Source of the DNA: Bacillota bacterium
GTDB lineage: Bacteria > Bacillota > Clostridia > Peptostreptococcales > Anaerovoracaceae
Assembly (NCBI GenBank): GCA_022793795.1
Contig: JAAWDM010000050.1
Span: 476-64,475, forward strand
DNA length: 64,000 nt
Direction: 5' to 3'
Shown piece by piece: positions 29,354-39,756 of this stretch. The notes below the pieces were generated by a model. It saw only the letters and a list, made by a program, of their open reading frames with translations, ran no database searches and was not told the origin of the DNA. The stretch's first letter is position 1; each line of letters opens with the position of its first letter. The translations under genes were made by a program, and so were the position numbers.

Positions 29354-31348
29354 CTAAAACTCTTCTGGCTCGCTATAATCTGGAGATAGCAAATCGGCGC
29401 CCTTCTCCGTAATCCGCGTTCCGTACCTGCCCTTTCCTATCTCAATGAGACCTTCCTGCTGAAGCTGTTCCAGCATCAAGCGCAGGGCTCTGTCGCTAAG
29501 GCAAACACCTTGGTCTTTTAAAATCTCTGCCAAAGTAGAACGGCCGACACCATGAGATATCCTTGTGTTTTGCCTGATTAACTTTAGAACTTCCTTCTGC
29601 ACTTCTGTTGCCGATAGGCAGTCTCCTGATGGACAGTCCTCTTCCCAGAGATATTCAGGAAAGGAAGAAAGGGTTTTATAGTATGTACAAAAGTTTTCCA
29701 GTTCTCGAACATTTCCTGGCCATGGATATGCCGTAAGCCGCTCTGTCTCCTTGGGTGTTAAATTGTAATAATCTGTTCCGAGAAAATATTTCAGCAAAGG
29801 AATAATATCTTTCCCTCTTTTTCTAAGGGGAGAAATCCGAAGAGGGAGAATATTCAGGCGATAAAACAAATCGCTTCGAAAGGTTTTCTCCTGGACTGCA
29901 CGTTTTAAATCTTTGTTTGTTGCAGCGATCAAGCGTATATCAATGTTAATGATGCGGTCGCTTCCGATTCGCATAATCTGTTTTTCCTGGATGACTCGCA
30001 ACAGGCTGGATTGCAAATTGGGCGAAATATCCCCAATTTCATCCAGAAAAATGGTTCCATGGTTAGCCTGCTCAAACAGACCAATCTTACCTTTTGCATT
30101 GGCCCCTGTGAAAGCGCCAGGTTCATATCCAAACAATTCGCTTTCCAAAAGGCTTTCTGGCAGTGCGGCGCAATTTACCGCTACAAATGGAGCATCAGCA
30201 CGACGAGAACTATTATGAATTGCTTGTGCAAAGATTTCCTTACCGGTTCCGCTTTCGCCATAAATCAGTACCGTATGCTCTGATAAGGCAATCTGCTTTG
30301 CAATATGGATTGATTTTTGAATTTCTTCTGATTCATGGACAATATCCTGAAAATGATGTTTTGCCACATGTCCTTTTTGCTGGTTTATTTTATTAACAGA
30401 TAGCTGTTGATTCTCCTCTTTTAGGATTATATAATACCCTATGACTTCATCGATAAGCTGAATCGGATATCTGTCATAATGATAGTTTTTCCCATGGAGG
30501 GTTATATACGGATTCTTGGATGCATTGTCAGCATATCGGCCTAATTGAGCAAATTGATCTGGGTCTAGGGCATTTCCATTGGTCTTTCGAAAAATTTCTT
30601 CCGCCTTTTTATTAGCATAGATAATATGCATATACTGATCTGTCAAAAAGACACATTCTTCACTGGAGTTTGTAACATAGCTGAGCATTTCCGATTTCAG
30701 ATATTCGTAAGTATAATTTGCATCAAAAGAAGGGCTCGGCTCTGCCAGAGACCTTACATACCGGAATATATTGCGGTTAATCACATTATTATCCAAATCC
30801 AGTAGCTTCATCAATCGAAACATAGTATCAAAGCTGACTTTTCGGTAACCTATGTCAATCACCGTTTTAATATGGGATGGTACAAAATGTTTCTCAGCAG
30901 GTGTAATGGCCAAGGATAGGCCGTCATAGATTCCTGTATTGGTTAGTTTTCCATCAAAGGGAACCATATTCAAATGACTGATGCCGATTTCGTAAAACAT
31001 GTTTATGGTATTGATTGCAGTGCTGTAGGAATCGTTGACAACCAGTACGGTTGTACCTGCTGGAATATCCTGCAGGGTCTTTAGCACATCCTGCTCAATA
31101 CTTCTGTTTATCTTAATTACATTGCTGAAATCAGCGATGTATTCTTTTGCTTTTTGAAAGACTCTCTCATCCACTGCAAGAAAAGCGTCAGCATAAAGCA
31201 TCTGGTTCTCTTCTAAATCTGCCATAAAACAGCTCTCAAATGTAACATAATCTTCAAATACTGCCCGCAGATTGTTGTGTATGAATTCATCTGCGCCGGT
31301 GTTACTTAGAGCCTTGGGACTTCTATAAAGGATGATGACTTTTTTCAT
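29354..31348 (-). CDS. Sigma-54-dependent transcriptional activator (bEBP): unknown N-terminal sensor, PAS-like region, AAA+ domain, C-terminal winged-helix-like domain
   Basis: GESGTGKE Walker A, GAFTGA loop, DEIGD Walker B and NVRELEN. The C-terminus ([37 protein letters not shown]) does not look like a Fis-type HTH. Confidence 0.85.
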   Translation of the reverse strand: MKKVIILYRSPKALSNTGADEFIHNNLRAVFEDYVTFESCFMADLEENQMLYADAFLAVDERVFQKAKEYIADFSNVIKINRSIEQDVLKTLQDIPAGTTVLVVNDSYSTAINTINMFYEIGISHLNMVPFDGKLTNTGIYDGLSLAITPAEKHFVPSHIKTVIDIGYRKVSFDTMFRLMKLLDLDNNVINRNIFRYVRSLAEPSPSFDANYTYEYLKSEMLSYVTNSSEECVFLTDQYMHIIYANKKAEEIFRKTNGNALDPDQFAQLGRYADNASKNPYITLHGKNYHYDRYPIQLIDEVIGYYIILKEENQQLSVNKINQQKGHVAKHHFQDIVHESEEIQKSIHIAKQIALSEHTVLIYGESGTGKEIFAQAIHNSSRRADAPFVAVNCAALPESLLESELFGYEPGAFTGANAKGKIGLFEQANHGTIFLDEIGDISPNLQSSLLRVIQEKQIMRIGSDRIINIDIRLIAATNKDLKRAVQEKTFRSDLFYRLNILPLRISPLRKRGKDIIPLLKYFLGTDYYNLTPKETERLTAYPWPGNVRELENFCTYYKTLSSFPEYLWEEDCPSGDCLSATEVQKEVLKLIRQNTRISHGVGRSTLAEILKDQGVCLSDRALRLMLEQLQQEGLIEIGKGRYGTRITEKGADLLSPDYSEPEEF

Positions 31349-31499
31349 GAAATGTACTCCTGCAATTTATGAGATATTGGTACTAAGTATACCACGCCAA
31401 GCAATAAGGCACAATATAATTAAACCGAATTGTTCCTATTATTTTTTTATGATTTTCCCGAAATATATAGATTTATGCCGATTTTATCTTTCATAACAA

Positions 31500-31514
31500 T
31501 GGCACATAATTTGC
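31500..31514 (+). promoter_or_regulatory. Sigma-54 (-24/-12) promoter
   Basis: TGGCAC-ATAAT-TTGC is an exact match to TGGCAC-N5-TTGC. It lies 130 nt upstream of the transporter ATG and is divergent from the bEBP gene. Confidence 0.8.
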
Positions 31515-31643
31515 AGATATATTATGCAAAAGCAATATTTTGCTATTGTGGGATGTAAATACATATGGCTGATGAGATCGGCATTGAATCAGCTCCCATC
31601 CCCAGGCCGTTATTATTTATTTATGGAAAAGAAAGGTATTAAG

Positions 31644-33058
31644 ATGAAAGAGAAGAAAAAACATTTTGAAATGCCCCACGTACTCATCGTGCTGCTCCTC
31701 ATTATGCTCGCAGTTGCACTTCTAACGTATATCGTGCCTAGCGGCGCTTTTGAACGAGTGTACGACGCTGAAACGGATCGGGAAATTGTGCAACCAGATA
31801 AGTTTTTCTTTTTGGACGAAAAGGATCCTATTGGATTTTTAGACTTCTTCCAGGCGATTTACCAGGGCTTTGTAGAAGGCGCTGATATCATTGCCGGCTT
31901 GCTCATTACTTGTGGCGTTCTCAACTTTTTGGAGGAAACAGGAACCTTTGTGCAGGTCTTACAAAAATCATGGGAATTGCGGAAAGAAACCGCTCCTTTA
32001 AGCTGGGTGTCATTCTGATTTTCTTTGTTGCATTTGCAGGAATGGGTATTCTTGGTTTTGGCGAAGCTTCCTTCCCATTCTATGGCATTACAACATCCGT
32101 CATATTAGCCATTGGCTATGATCGAGTTGCAGCAATGGCAACCATCATGATGGCCTCCTGTGCTGGATGGGCAAGCGGTATGCTGAACATGTACACGACC
32201 GGAATTTCACAGAAGATTGTGGGCCTGCCTATTTTTTCAGGCCTCTGGTACAGAGTTATCTGTTTCTCCGTATTCTTTGTTTTAGCCCTAATCAGCGTAC
32301 TGTTATACTGCCGCAAAATTACAAAGGACCCTTCCAAGAGCTATATTGCCGATGAATATGAGCGTCAGTTAAAAGGCGAAGTAGAAATTGAAGGTATCAA
32401 GAATAAGGTAGAAATGACCCATAAGCATGGTCTTGCTCTCGGAATCTATGTAGTTTTCCTGATTTTCCAGGGATACTGCTGTGCAACGAAAGGCTGGGGC
32501 CTTGGCGAGGTTGCCGGTCTGTATATTATTTATGCAATCATTTTATCCGTTATCTTCCGCGTTAATCCAAGCAAAGCTGTGGAAAGCATCATGCGCGGCT
32601 CAGCAGGCGTTTTAACCGCCGGTTTCGTAATCGGCATGGCTCGCTCTATTATGATCGTCCTTGAAAAAGGCGATATTGTCGATACGATTGTATACTACAT
32701 GGGACAGATGCTGACTGGAAAAGGCCCTGCGTTTACCATCCTCCTTCTCTTCATTTTCGTCACCATCCTGAACTTCTTTGTGGACTCCGGTTCCGGAAAA
32801 GCCGTTATGATGATGCCGATTATGAGTCCTCTGGGAAAAATCCTTGGAATCAACCAACAGGTAATGGTGCTGACCTATCAGTTTGGCGATGGATTTACCG
32901 ACTACTTATGGCCAGCAGGCGCATTGGTTCCTTGCCAGTTATGCGGTCTGAAATACAACATTTGGCTTAAGTTTGCAGCCAGCGCAATGACCATTCAGCT
33001 AGTTGCTGGTTATGTAATGGTACTCATCGCTCAGTATATCAACCTTGGTCCATTCTAA
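31644..33058 (+). pseudogene. YfcC/DcuC-type (C4-dicarboxylate anaerobic carrier family) transporter with a frameshift near 31950
   Basis: ORFs 31524-32018 and 31910-33058 are two halves of one transporter. ..FLEETGTF (frame A) continues as AGLTKIMGIAERN (frame B), with 2 nt between the frames at 31950-31951. Confidence 0.7.
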
Positions 33059-33079
33059 ATTTGAAAGTGGTGTATAAAA

Positions 33080-33877
33080 ATGAAAAAAATATTTATTAGC
33101 GCTGATATTGAAGGTGTCAGCGGAATTACCAGCTGGGAGGCAACCAGAACCGGCGGTAAGGGATACGAAGCAGCTTGCAGGCAGATGGCGCGGGAAACCG
33201 CTGCCGCCTGCAGAGCCGCATTGGCCTGCGGCTACGGTGTAGTTGTCAAAGACGGGCATGAGGATGCGATGAATATCGGACATGAATTGCTGCCTGAGGA
33301 GGCCGAACTAATTTCCGGCTGGACATGTTCGCCTCTATCCATGCTTGGCGGAATCGATGATACTTTCGCAGGAATCATTTACATCGGTTACCACTCTGGC
33401 GCATGGACCAGCACAAGTCCCCTGAAACATACTTGTGAGGACTATGTATACAACTGGTTCAAAATTAACGACAGATATGCGTCTGAATTCACCATCAATG
33501 CAGGAGTCGCCGACCAACTTGGTATTCCTTCCTTGTTGCTGTCCGGTGATGCTGGTATTTGTCGTGAAGCAGAAGCAGAGTATCCAGGAATCGTTACGGT
33601 TCCAACAAAAAAAGGCATGGGAAATGCAACATGGAACGTGCATCCAGATAAGGTTGTTCGAGAGATCGAAGCTGCTGTGACAGAGGTATTATCCAAGCCG
33701 CTGCCAGCTCCTAGACCTCTTGCTTCATCTTATACCATGACCCTATGTTATAAGGAATTTCAAAAGGCCATGTCTGCATCCTGGTTCCCAGGTGTTAAGA
33801 AACTAGATGATTACACCGTTTCATATACGGCAGACACGCCGATGGAACTATCCAGATGCCGGTATTTTGTTGGCTAA
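33080..33877 (+). CDS. dppA: M55 family D-aminopeptidase (DppA-like)
   Basis: MKKIFISADIEGVSGI..VVKDGHED..LISG resembles B. subtilis DppA. Confidence 0.8.
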   Translation: MKKIFISADIEGVSGITSWEATRTGGKGYEAACRQMARETAAACRAALACGYGVVVKDGHEDAMNIGHELLPEEAELISGWTCSPLSMLGGIDDTFAGIIYIGYHSGAWTSTSPLKHTCEDYVYNWFKINDRYASEFTINAGVADQLGIPSLLLSGDAGICREAEAEYPGIVTVPTKKGMGNATWNVHPDKVVREIEAAVTEVLSKPLPAPRPLASSYTMTLCYKEFQKAMSASWFPGVKKLDDYTVSYTADTPMELSRCRYFVG

Positions 33878-33891
33878 AATAGCAGAGAATT

Positions 33892-33935
33892 AAAAAGTGA
33901 CGCAGGAATTTGAAAGATATTCTGCGTCACTTTTT
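33892..33935. terminator. Bidirectional terminator between dppA and the ABC operon
   Basis: AAAAAGTGACGCAG / CTGCGTCACTTTTT, a perfect 14-nt pairing including the A and T runs. Confidence 0.75.
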
Positions 33936-34271
33936 CTATTTTACCGTGAAATGAAACTTCACACCACCCCGGCTCCTATCTAAATACACCTGGTCAAAAC
34001 ATTTTTGTCCATAGATGTGTAATCCTCTTAATTGGTTCACCGCCAGCGCATATATTTTGTCCAGAGCAATGTCTATCCCTTCCAATTCCATATTGGCGGA
34101 AACCACACGGACAAGATACTTCATATACCCCGGAGGAAACAGTTCCTCCCCAGGGATTACAAACTCCTTTGCGTCGGACTCCTTTGCTCTTTTCATCAAT
34201 GGAGCAATCATTTCAGGGGATAGAACCAGAATGTCATACTCGCCCCCAATCTTAACCGCACACTCCCTCAT
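33936..34271 (-). CDS. Hypothetical protein (111 aa), last gene of the ABC operon
   Basis: ORF-track entry 14 nt downstream of the permease stop; no recognisable motif. Confidence 0.45.
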   Translation of the reverse strand: MRECAVKIGGEYDILVLSPEMIAPLMKRAKESDAKEFVIPGEELFPPGYMKYLVRVVSANMELEGIDIALDKIYALAVNQLRGLHIYGQKCFDQVYLDRSRGGVKFHFTVK

Positions 34272-34284
34272 ACATTCTGGCGCC

Positions 34285-36696
34285 TTAATTCTCGGTTCCT
34301 CTCAATCGCTCTACCAACCCTTCTTTTGAAAAACTGTTCATGGATATGAGGGTAATCACAAAAGGTACGATGATTAACACGATCCCATAAGCAAGGCCTA
34401 AAATTGTTGGGAATTGGAATGCCATATAAAACGCCCCTATATCGTAAAGAACCCGACTCAATATATAACCGCATATGGTTCCAATGGTCATGGTCACGCC
34501 CACAGTAACGATAACTAAAATCATACTCTCCCCTAGAATCATTCTCCGAATCTGTCCTTTGCTCATGCCAATGGATTCCAGCATGGCAAGTTCCTGTTTT
34601 CGGGTGACGATATTGGTAATCAACGTGTTCATCATGCTCAGAATGCTGAACATCATAATGAAAATAGCAAGACCGCTAATTGCTCCAAACATCTGGCTTA
34701 CAGTCTGTGCACAGGAAATTCTTTTGTCTGCAAGGGTTTCAAGGTCCAACTCCGGTTGTGCTCCTATGAGCTGTTCTAGGGTTTCTCCTATAGCAGCCTC
34801 CTTGTCTGCCTCTGTGGATACCAGCAGGCCGGAATTTAAGCTATGGTAAGAAACCAACTTCAAAGCTGCCTGTTCCGGCATTAAAAACCATCCTTCCATA
34901 CTGTCTCCATGGTCTATCACATAGGCCTGATCCAAAATACCAAGGATCATAACATCCTTTTCAGCTGTCCTATTGCCATCATAGTAATGCAGAGTAATAC
35001 TATCGCCTACCGCAAATCTCCAGCCATAAATCTCCTCTGCCGTGTCGTTACCTGCCACGAGGATATAATCGCCGCTCATCAGCTTCTCATCGTCAGCGCT
35101 TCCCTCTTCCAGATACTTGCCAATGTCTTTCAATTCCCCGTCGGTCAGAGGATACACCATATCGTCGTTTTCATATTCATCATTTTTCGGATAATCGTAT
35201 TTGACGCCAAACCCTTTCACCTCTTTTACGCTTTTCACACCGTCTAAAGCAGAGATTTCTTTTACCATCTTATCTCCCAGGATTTCCTCTGCCTGTAGCC
35301 CGCTCAGTCCATTCTCATTTAATGCAATGGCTCCTGTAGAATAACAAATATTAAATTCTGCTTCTTTAAAATAGCCTTGCCTTGCGTAATTGTCTTTGTC
35401 AAAGGAGGACATATAGGTAGCTGCTGTCATAAAAAGAATCCCGCCCAATGCCAGAGAGGCCATTGTAATGACCGTCTTCTTTCTGTTCTTGGAAAAGTTC
35501 ATCATGGCCAGGCCAAAGGGCGTTAAGTTGCGGCATAACTTTTTACTCCCTGTCTTTTTCATGGTTTCCTGGGGCACATAGCGTAACGCTTCCATGGGCG
35601 AAACAGCTGCTGCAAGGCGTGCAGGCTTGTGTACGGAAATCATGGTAATGACATATACCGCTGTGAAAACAAGTGTGATAATCCAAATAGTATTCCCCAT
35701 AGAAAAACCATCTGGAATCATAAAATATCCTGCAAGGCCGCCGATTGCAATGCCAATGGGCGCCCCGCGAAGGAACAGAATTCCGCCCTCACGGGAAACC
35801 AACTTTTTCATCTGCTTTTTGGTCATGCCGATGGTGCGAAGCTGTCCAAACTGATGAATTCTTCCAATCACTGACAAATAAAACACCCCATAAATGACCA
35901 GTATGCAGGCCAGGAGAATCACGGCGCCAATCAAACCATAAAGGGTAACGGCCTGCGTATCTATGGATAGAGAATCGATAAAACCATTATATGGACTTAC
36001 ATACTCTCTTTCGATACCTGCATCCTTTCCAATGAGATACATGGCTTCCTTACATTCCTCTGGACCCATCTCTGTGGCGCCATATAGCTTAGCATACACT
36101 TCATAAGGCTGGTCTTTTAACTGGCTTCCATTTCTGGCATAGCTTTCAGAAAGAAATATGGAAAACTGTTTGGCTGTCTCTCCACCCTTTAAAATACCCG
36201 ATACTTGAAAGGTTTCTGTGTTTCCATCATAAAAGTCAAGGGTTATGTCGCTGCCAACGGCGGGCTCAACGCCCATCTTTTGCAGCATTACCGCCTGCAC
36301 TGCAACTTCATCCTCACTTTCAGGCAACCTGCCCTTTTCCAGCTCTCCAACCTGTATTTCATCCGATAACTGACTGATATAATAAGGCATCACGTCAAAT
36401 CCATCCATTTCGGATAAAATCCCCATTTTTACCTGTATCTGATAAGCGATGCGCTCATCTTCTTGCAAAGTTTTTACCTGCTCCTCCGTAAGCTCATAGT
36501 AGCCCACCTGCTGCCTGTGAGACAGAATATTTTTCTCCTGTTGATCCCGCCCTGCCGCAAACATGAGAACTGCTGTCAGCAGCGCAGAAGCCAAAATAAT
36601 GGTAATCATCACGAAAATATTGCGCATACGGCTTGCCTTTATACTCTGTCTCGACATGAAAGAAATCGTATTTGTCCTTATCTTTTTCTCTGCCAT
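34285..36696 (-). CDS. FtsX/MacB-type ABC transporter permease (803 aa, two FtsX modules with large extracytoplasmic domains)
   Basis: Repeated 4-TM FtsX-like modules; adjacent to a MacB/LolD-type ATPase. Confidence 0.8.
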   Translation of the reverse strand: MAEKKIRTNTISFMSRQSIKASRMRNIFVMITIILASALLTAVLMFAAGRDQQEKNILSHRQQVGYYELTEEQVKTLQEDERIAYQIQVKMGILSEMDGFDVMPYYISQLSDEIQVGELEKGRLPESEDEVAVQAVMLQKMGVEPAVGSDITLDFYDGNTETFQVSGILKGGETAKQFSIFLSESYARNGSQLKDQPYEVYAKLYGATEMGPEECKEAMYLIGKDAGIEREYVSPYNGFIDSLSIDTQAVTLYGLIGAVILLACILVIYGVFYLSVIGRIHQFGQLRTIGMTKKQMKKLVSREGGILFLRGAPIGIAIGGLAGYFMIPDGFSMGNTIWIITLVFTAVYVITMISVHKPARLAAAVSPMEALRYVPQETMKKTGSKKLCRNLTPFGLAMMNFSKNRKKTVITMASLALGGILFMTAATYMSSFDKDNYARQGYFKEAEFNICYSTGAIALNENGLSGLQAEEILGDKMVKEISALDGVKSVKEVKGFGVKYDYPKNDEYENDDMVYPLTDGELKDIGKYLEEGSADDEKLMSGDYILVAGNDTAEEIYGWRFAVGDSITLHYYDGNRTAEKDVMILGILDQAYVIDHGDSMEGWFLMPEQAALKLVSYHSLNSGLLVSTEADKEAAIGETLEQLIGAQPELDLETLADKRISCAQTVSQMFGAISGLAIFIMMFSILSMMNTLITNIVTRKQELAMLESIGMSKGQIRRMILGESMILVIVTVGVTMTIGTICGYILSRVLYDIGAFYMAFQFPTILGLAYGIVLIIVPFVITLISMNSFSKEGLVERLRGTEN

Positions 36697-36710
36697 TTCT
36701 CTAGCCCCCC

Positions 36711-37382
36711 CTATGGATGAATTTTACCGTCTTCAATGCGAATTCTCACATCTGCCTTTTCTGCAATTTCAGGATTGTGAGTAATCATGACGATGGTCTG
36801 CCGAAACTTCTGGCTGGTCATCTTCAAAAGGTCGATGACTTTATCGCTCGTACGACTGTCCAGATTTCCTGTAGGTTCGTCAGCCAAAATAATAGCAGGT
36901 TTTGATATCAATGCTCGAGCAATAGCCACCCTCTGCTGTTGGCCGCCTGAAAGATGGCTAGGGTAATTCTGAAGTTTCCCCTCCAGTTCCAAAAAACCTA
37001 TAATTTCTTCTAAAAATTCTTTATCCTCAACCTTGCCGTCCAGGCGAACAGGCAACACCATATTTTCATAGGCTGTCAGATAAGGAATCAGATTATAGTT
37101 TTGAAAGATAAACCCGATTCGCTGACGGCGGAATACGGTAAGCTGCTCTTCCGTCAGCTTTTCAAGGCTTTTCCCCTCCACCTGTACACTGCCTGACGTA
37201 GGTACATCCAAACCGCCCAGCATATTCAAAAGGGTAGATTTTCCGCTGCCCGAAGTACCGATAATGGCCACGAACTGGCCTCCTTCCACAGATAAGTTCA
37301 CATCATCCAAGGCCTTTACCAGGCTCTCATCCTTCCCATAATACTTCTTCAAATGGGATGCGTTTAATATACTCATAACCAT
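36711..37382 (-). CDS. ABC transporter ATP-binding protein (MacB/LolD-like)
   Basis: GTSGSGKST Walker [15 protein letters not shown] signature and [11 protein letters not shown] Walker B. Confidence 0.9.
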   Translation of the reverse strand: MVMSILNASHLKKYYGKDESLVKALDDVNLSVEGGQFVAIIGTSGSGKSTLLNMLGGLDVPTSGSVQVEGKSLEKLTEEQLTVFRRQRIGFIFQNYNLIPYLTAYENMVLPVRLDGKVEDKEFLEEIIGFLELEGKLQNYPSHLSGGQQQRVAIARALISKPAIILADEPTGNLDSRTSDKVIDLLKMTSQKFRQTIVMITHNPEIAEKADVRIRIEDGKIHP

Positions 37383-37416
37383 TCCTCCTTAGTTCTTCCT
37401 TTCGTTTGATATCCAC

Positions 37417-37455
37417 ATCATATTCCTTTTTCAGAAAGACGCAATAGGAGACGCA
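37417..37455 (-). promoter_or_regulatory. Candidate promoter of the ABC operon with a 7-nt direct repeat
   Basis: Minus-strand TTGCGT (37439-37444), 16 nt, TATGAT (37417-37422). TGCGTCT occurs twice 12 nt apart (plus strand AGACGCA at 37437-37443 and 37449-37455), overlapping the -35. Confidence 0.35.
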
Positions 37456-37493
37456 TCTTCTAATATCTACACTGCAAAATCTAAATAAAAGCA

Positions 37494-37530
37494 AAGAAAA
37501 ACCTGCTGTCCGTCGATGGACAGCAGGTTT
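37494..37530 (-). terminator. Terminator after the histidine kinase gene, separating the TCS and ABC transcription units
   Basis: ACCTGCTGTCC (37501-37511) / GGACAGCAGGT (37518-37528), perfect 11 bp, with a U-run on the minus strand. Confidence 0.7.
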
Positions 37531-37540
37531 GCCTACAAAC

Positions 37541-38833
37541 TTACTTGGGAATCGGTATTAAGATTTTCAGGGTAAATTTCTTGTTCTCTGTCTTTATAGT
37601 CAGGCGCCCATCATATTTTTCTACAGCTCGTTTTATATTGGGAATCCCAAAGCCGTGAAGGAAGTCGTCCTTTTTCGTGGTACCGCCTTGAATGGCTCCG
37701 CTTCCCTCCATGCAGTTATTCTCTATCAGGACAGAAAGGAAATTTTGTATTCTCCCGGCCTTTACCAGGATTGCTCCCTCTCCTTCTGGCAACTTCTCGC
37801 TGGCCTCGATGGCGTTATCCAGACCATTTCCAAAGATGGTGCTGATGTCCAAGGCCTCTATAAAACCTAAGCCACCCAGGTCCGCAGTAACAGAGAACTC
37901 AATATGTTTTCGTCTGGCCGTCTCTGCCTTTTCCTTTAGGATAATATCGAGAACGTCGTTCCCCGTATGTAGATAATCCTCATACTCGGCTACTTCCTGC
38001 TGCAATCGTTCTATCATTTCCATGGTTTCCGGGCAGTCCATCTGCCGCTGCAATACCAGCAGATGATTTTTCATATCGTGATAGATGGCCCGCACCCGTT
38101 CCTCTGTATCCATTCGCTCATTATGATAGAGTTGCTTCATTTCCAATTCCTGTGCATGATAGGATGTCTGTATAGACATGCAGATATATGCAATCAGGTA
38201 TATGCCTCCAAAGCTGGAAAAGATGGATGCGCCGCATATGGGGTAGATGATCAATGGATTTTCCGGCATAAAATATATGATTGTAAAGATTGCGATAAAG
38301 GGCGCCAGCATCAAGGCGTCTACCACGAGCCACATCTTTGTGGTCAGATTCCAAGTAATCTGCTTGAGATATTTCCGTAAGAACTGCCATAACAACACCC
38401 AAAATAACAGCCGGAGCAGCAAAGACATGGTATGAATGGCTGTACTCATTAGCAAGGTTTCTTCTGTCCATCCCATAGACATTTCCTCTGGCCCGTTGGT
38501 TACAGCAAAAAATATCCTTGCACCAATATCCTGCATGAGGTAATTTACGGCAATCATGGCTGGATAAAAAACTAGAACTGCCGTCAGCTTTTCCGCCCAG
38601 TATCCCAGGTGAAACGCCGTAATATATATGGAAAGTCCCAAAAGGGCTCCAAGGAGGTTGGAAAGATCGTTGGAATAAATCACTATCGCAGACAAAAAGC
38701 CGCATACACCAAACGCCGCTATCCGCAAGAACAGATTTTGCCGTAAAGGTAAAAACATGTGCAGCATCCAGAAGAAGACCAACGCATAGCACCATTCCAG
38801 AACAAAGGAAAGCGCATCTAAAAAGGAAATCAT
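37541..38833 (-). CDS. GHKL sensor histidine kinase with multi-pass membrane N-terminus (AgrC/LytS-like partner of LytTR regulators)
   Basis: About 6 TM helices, then a ..YHDMKNHL.. H-box-like segment and a C-terminal ATPase (GNGLDNAIEA, GFGIPNI). Its start overlaps the RR stop (ATGA). Confidence 0.75.
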   Translation of the reverse strand: MISFLDALSFVLEWCYALVFFWMLHMFLPLRQNLFLRIAAFGVCGFLSAIVIYSNDLSNLLGALLGLSIYITAFHLGYWAEKLTAVLVFYPAMIAVNYLMQDIGARIFFAVTNGPEEMSMGWTEETLLMSTAIHTMSLLLRLLFWVLLWQFLRKYLKQITWNLTTKMWLVVDALMLAPFIAIFTIIYFMPENPLIIYPICGASIFSSFGGIYLIAYICMSIQTSYHAQELEMKQLYHNERMDTEERVRAIYHDMKNHLLVLQRQMDCPETMEMIERLQQEVAEYEDYLHTGNDVLDIILKEKAETARRKHIEFSVTADLGGLGFIEALDISTIFGNGLDNAIEASEKLPEGEGAILVKAGRIQNFLSVLIENNCMEGSGAIQGGTTKKDDFLHGFGIPNIKRAVEKYDGRLTIKTENKKFTLKILIPIPK

Positions 38834-39543
38834 AGCATATCCCCCCAGTAATCGGTCAGTTTCATCATAAACCCTTTACGTTTGGGTTGACTGATGGGAA
38901 TACGCTCTCCAGTGGTCAAAACAAGTTCCAACCCCTCCACCCCTTTTACATAGGACAGATTGACGATAAAACTCTGATGACACTGGGCAAACTGGGGCTG
39001 GGAGCAAAGGAGCGAAGCAATCTCCTTCATATTTTTATAGATCACCTGTGCCTGCCCCTCAAAATGAACCATAACGTTGCGCTTGTCCGTTTCTCCATAA
39101 CGCAAGTCCTTATATAGCACCTTGTATTTGCCGCTATCATTAGAAAAGCTCAAATACAACTCCTCTTTCCCTTGGTAATGGGCAAAATAGCGGTCAAGCT
39201 CCATTTTTAAAACCCTGTATTTTACTGGCTTTAAAAGATAGTTGACCGCGCCGTATTCATAGCCTTTCCACACATACTGTTTCAATGATGTCAAAAAAAT
39301 AAGGCCTACAGCGCTGTCTATTTTTCGGATTGCTTCGGCAGTTTTCAGGCCGTTTAGCTTTTCCATTTTGATGTCCATAAAAATCAGGTCATATTCTCCA
39401 TTGTATTTTTCCACCAGTTCGCTGCCGTCGTGATAATGGAAAAAGCAAAATTCTCTGCCCGTTTCATCTGCATATCGCTCTAAATGACCTTGCAATTCAT
39501 TGATGAGTATATCTTCATCGTCACAAATCCCTATCTTGAACAC
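38830..39543 (-). CDS. LytTR-family response regulator
   Basis: The receiver domain has the DLIFMDIKM phospho-acceptor context, and the C-terminal LytTR has ..QCHQSFIVNLSYV... The likely GTG start at 39543 follows GGGAG; the track ORF extends to 39666 without an RBS. Confidence 0.8.
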   Translation of the reverse strand: MFKIGICDDEDILINELQGHLERYADETGREFCFFHYHDGSELVEKYNGEYDLIFMDIKMEKLNGLKTAEAIRKIDSAVGLIFLTSLKQYVWKGYEYGAVNYLLKPVKYRVLKMELDRYFAHYQGKEELYLSFSNDSGKYKVLYKDLRYGETDKRNVMVHFEGQAQVIYKNMKEIASLLCSQPQFAQCHQSFIVNLSYVKGVEGLELVLTTGERIPISQPKRKGFMMKLTDYWGDML

Positions 39544-39611
39544 CTTCCTACTCCCTTTGTCATATATAAATTGGCCCCATTTATTATATATAAAAATATA
39601 TCGAAAATCAA

Positions 39612-39692
39612 GGCCATGAAAGAGGTGGGTTGTGCCACGGCAAGCCAATATTCCTGTCACGCCCATGGCTTCCCACCAGAGGGATTCCCTCT
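39612..39692 (-). other. GC-rich structured island in an AT-rich leader (candidate cis-regulatory RNA or REP-like element)
   Basis: The minus strand reads AGAGGG-AAT-CCCTCT, then GGTGGG-AA-GCCATGG-(22 nt)-CCGTGGC-ACAA-CCCACC. One G-U pair exists only in the minus-strand RNA. A downstream CATGGC can alternatively pair with the first GCCATG. Confidence 0.35.
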
Positions 39693-39720
39693 AATTTCTA
39701 CACTTTTTATCTATATATAA

Positions 39721-39756
39721 AAAATGTCGAACGACTTTCCGAAATTTCGATATTTT
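39721..39756. repeat. TCGA-box inverted repeat 3 (AAAATGTCGAA-N14-TTCGATATTTT)
   Basis: 10 of 11 positions are complementary. Confidence 0.7.

Noticed and set aside
38121-38795. 224-aa alternative-frame minus-strand ORF within the histidine kinase gene
   Set aside because: The overlapping frame (37541-38833) encodes a coherent TM sensor plus GHKL ATPase and is translationally coupled to the response regulator.
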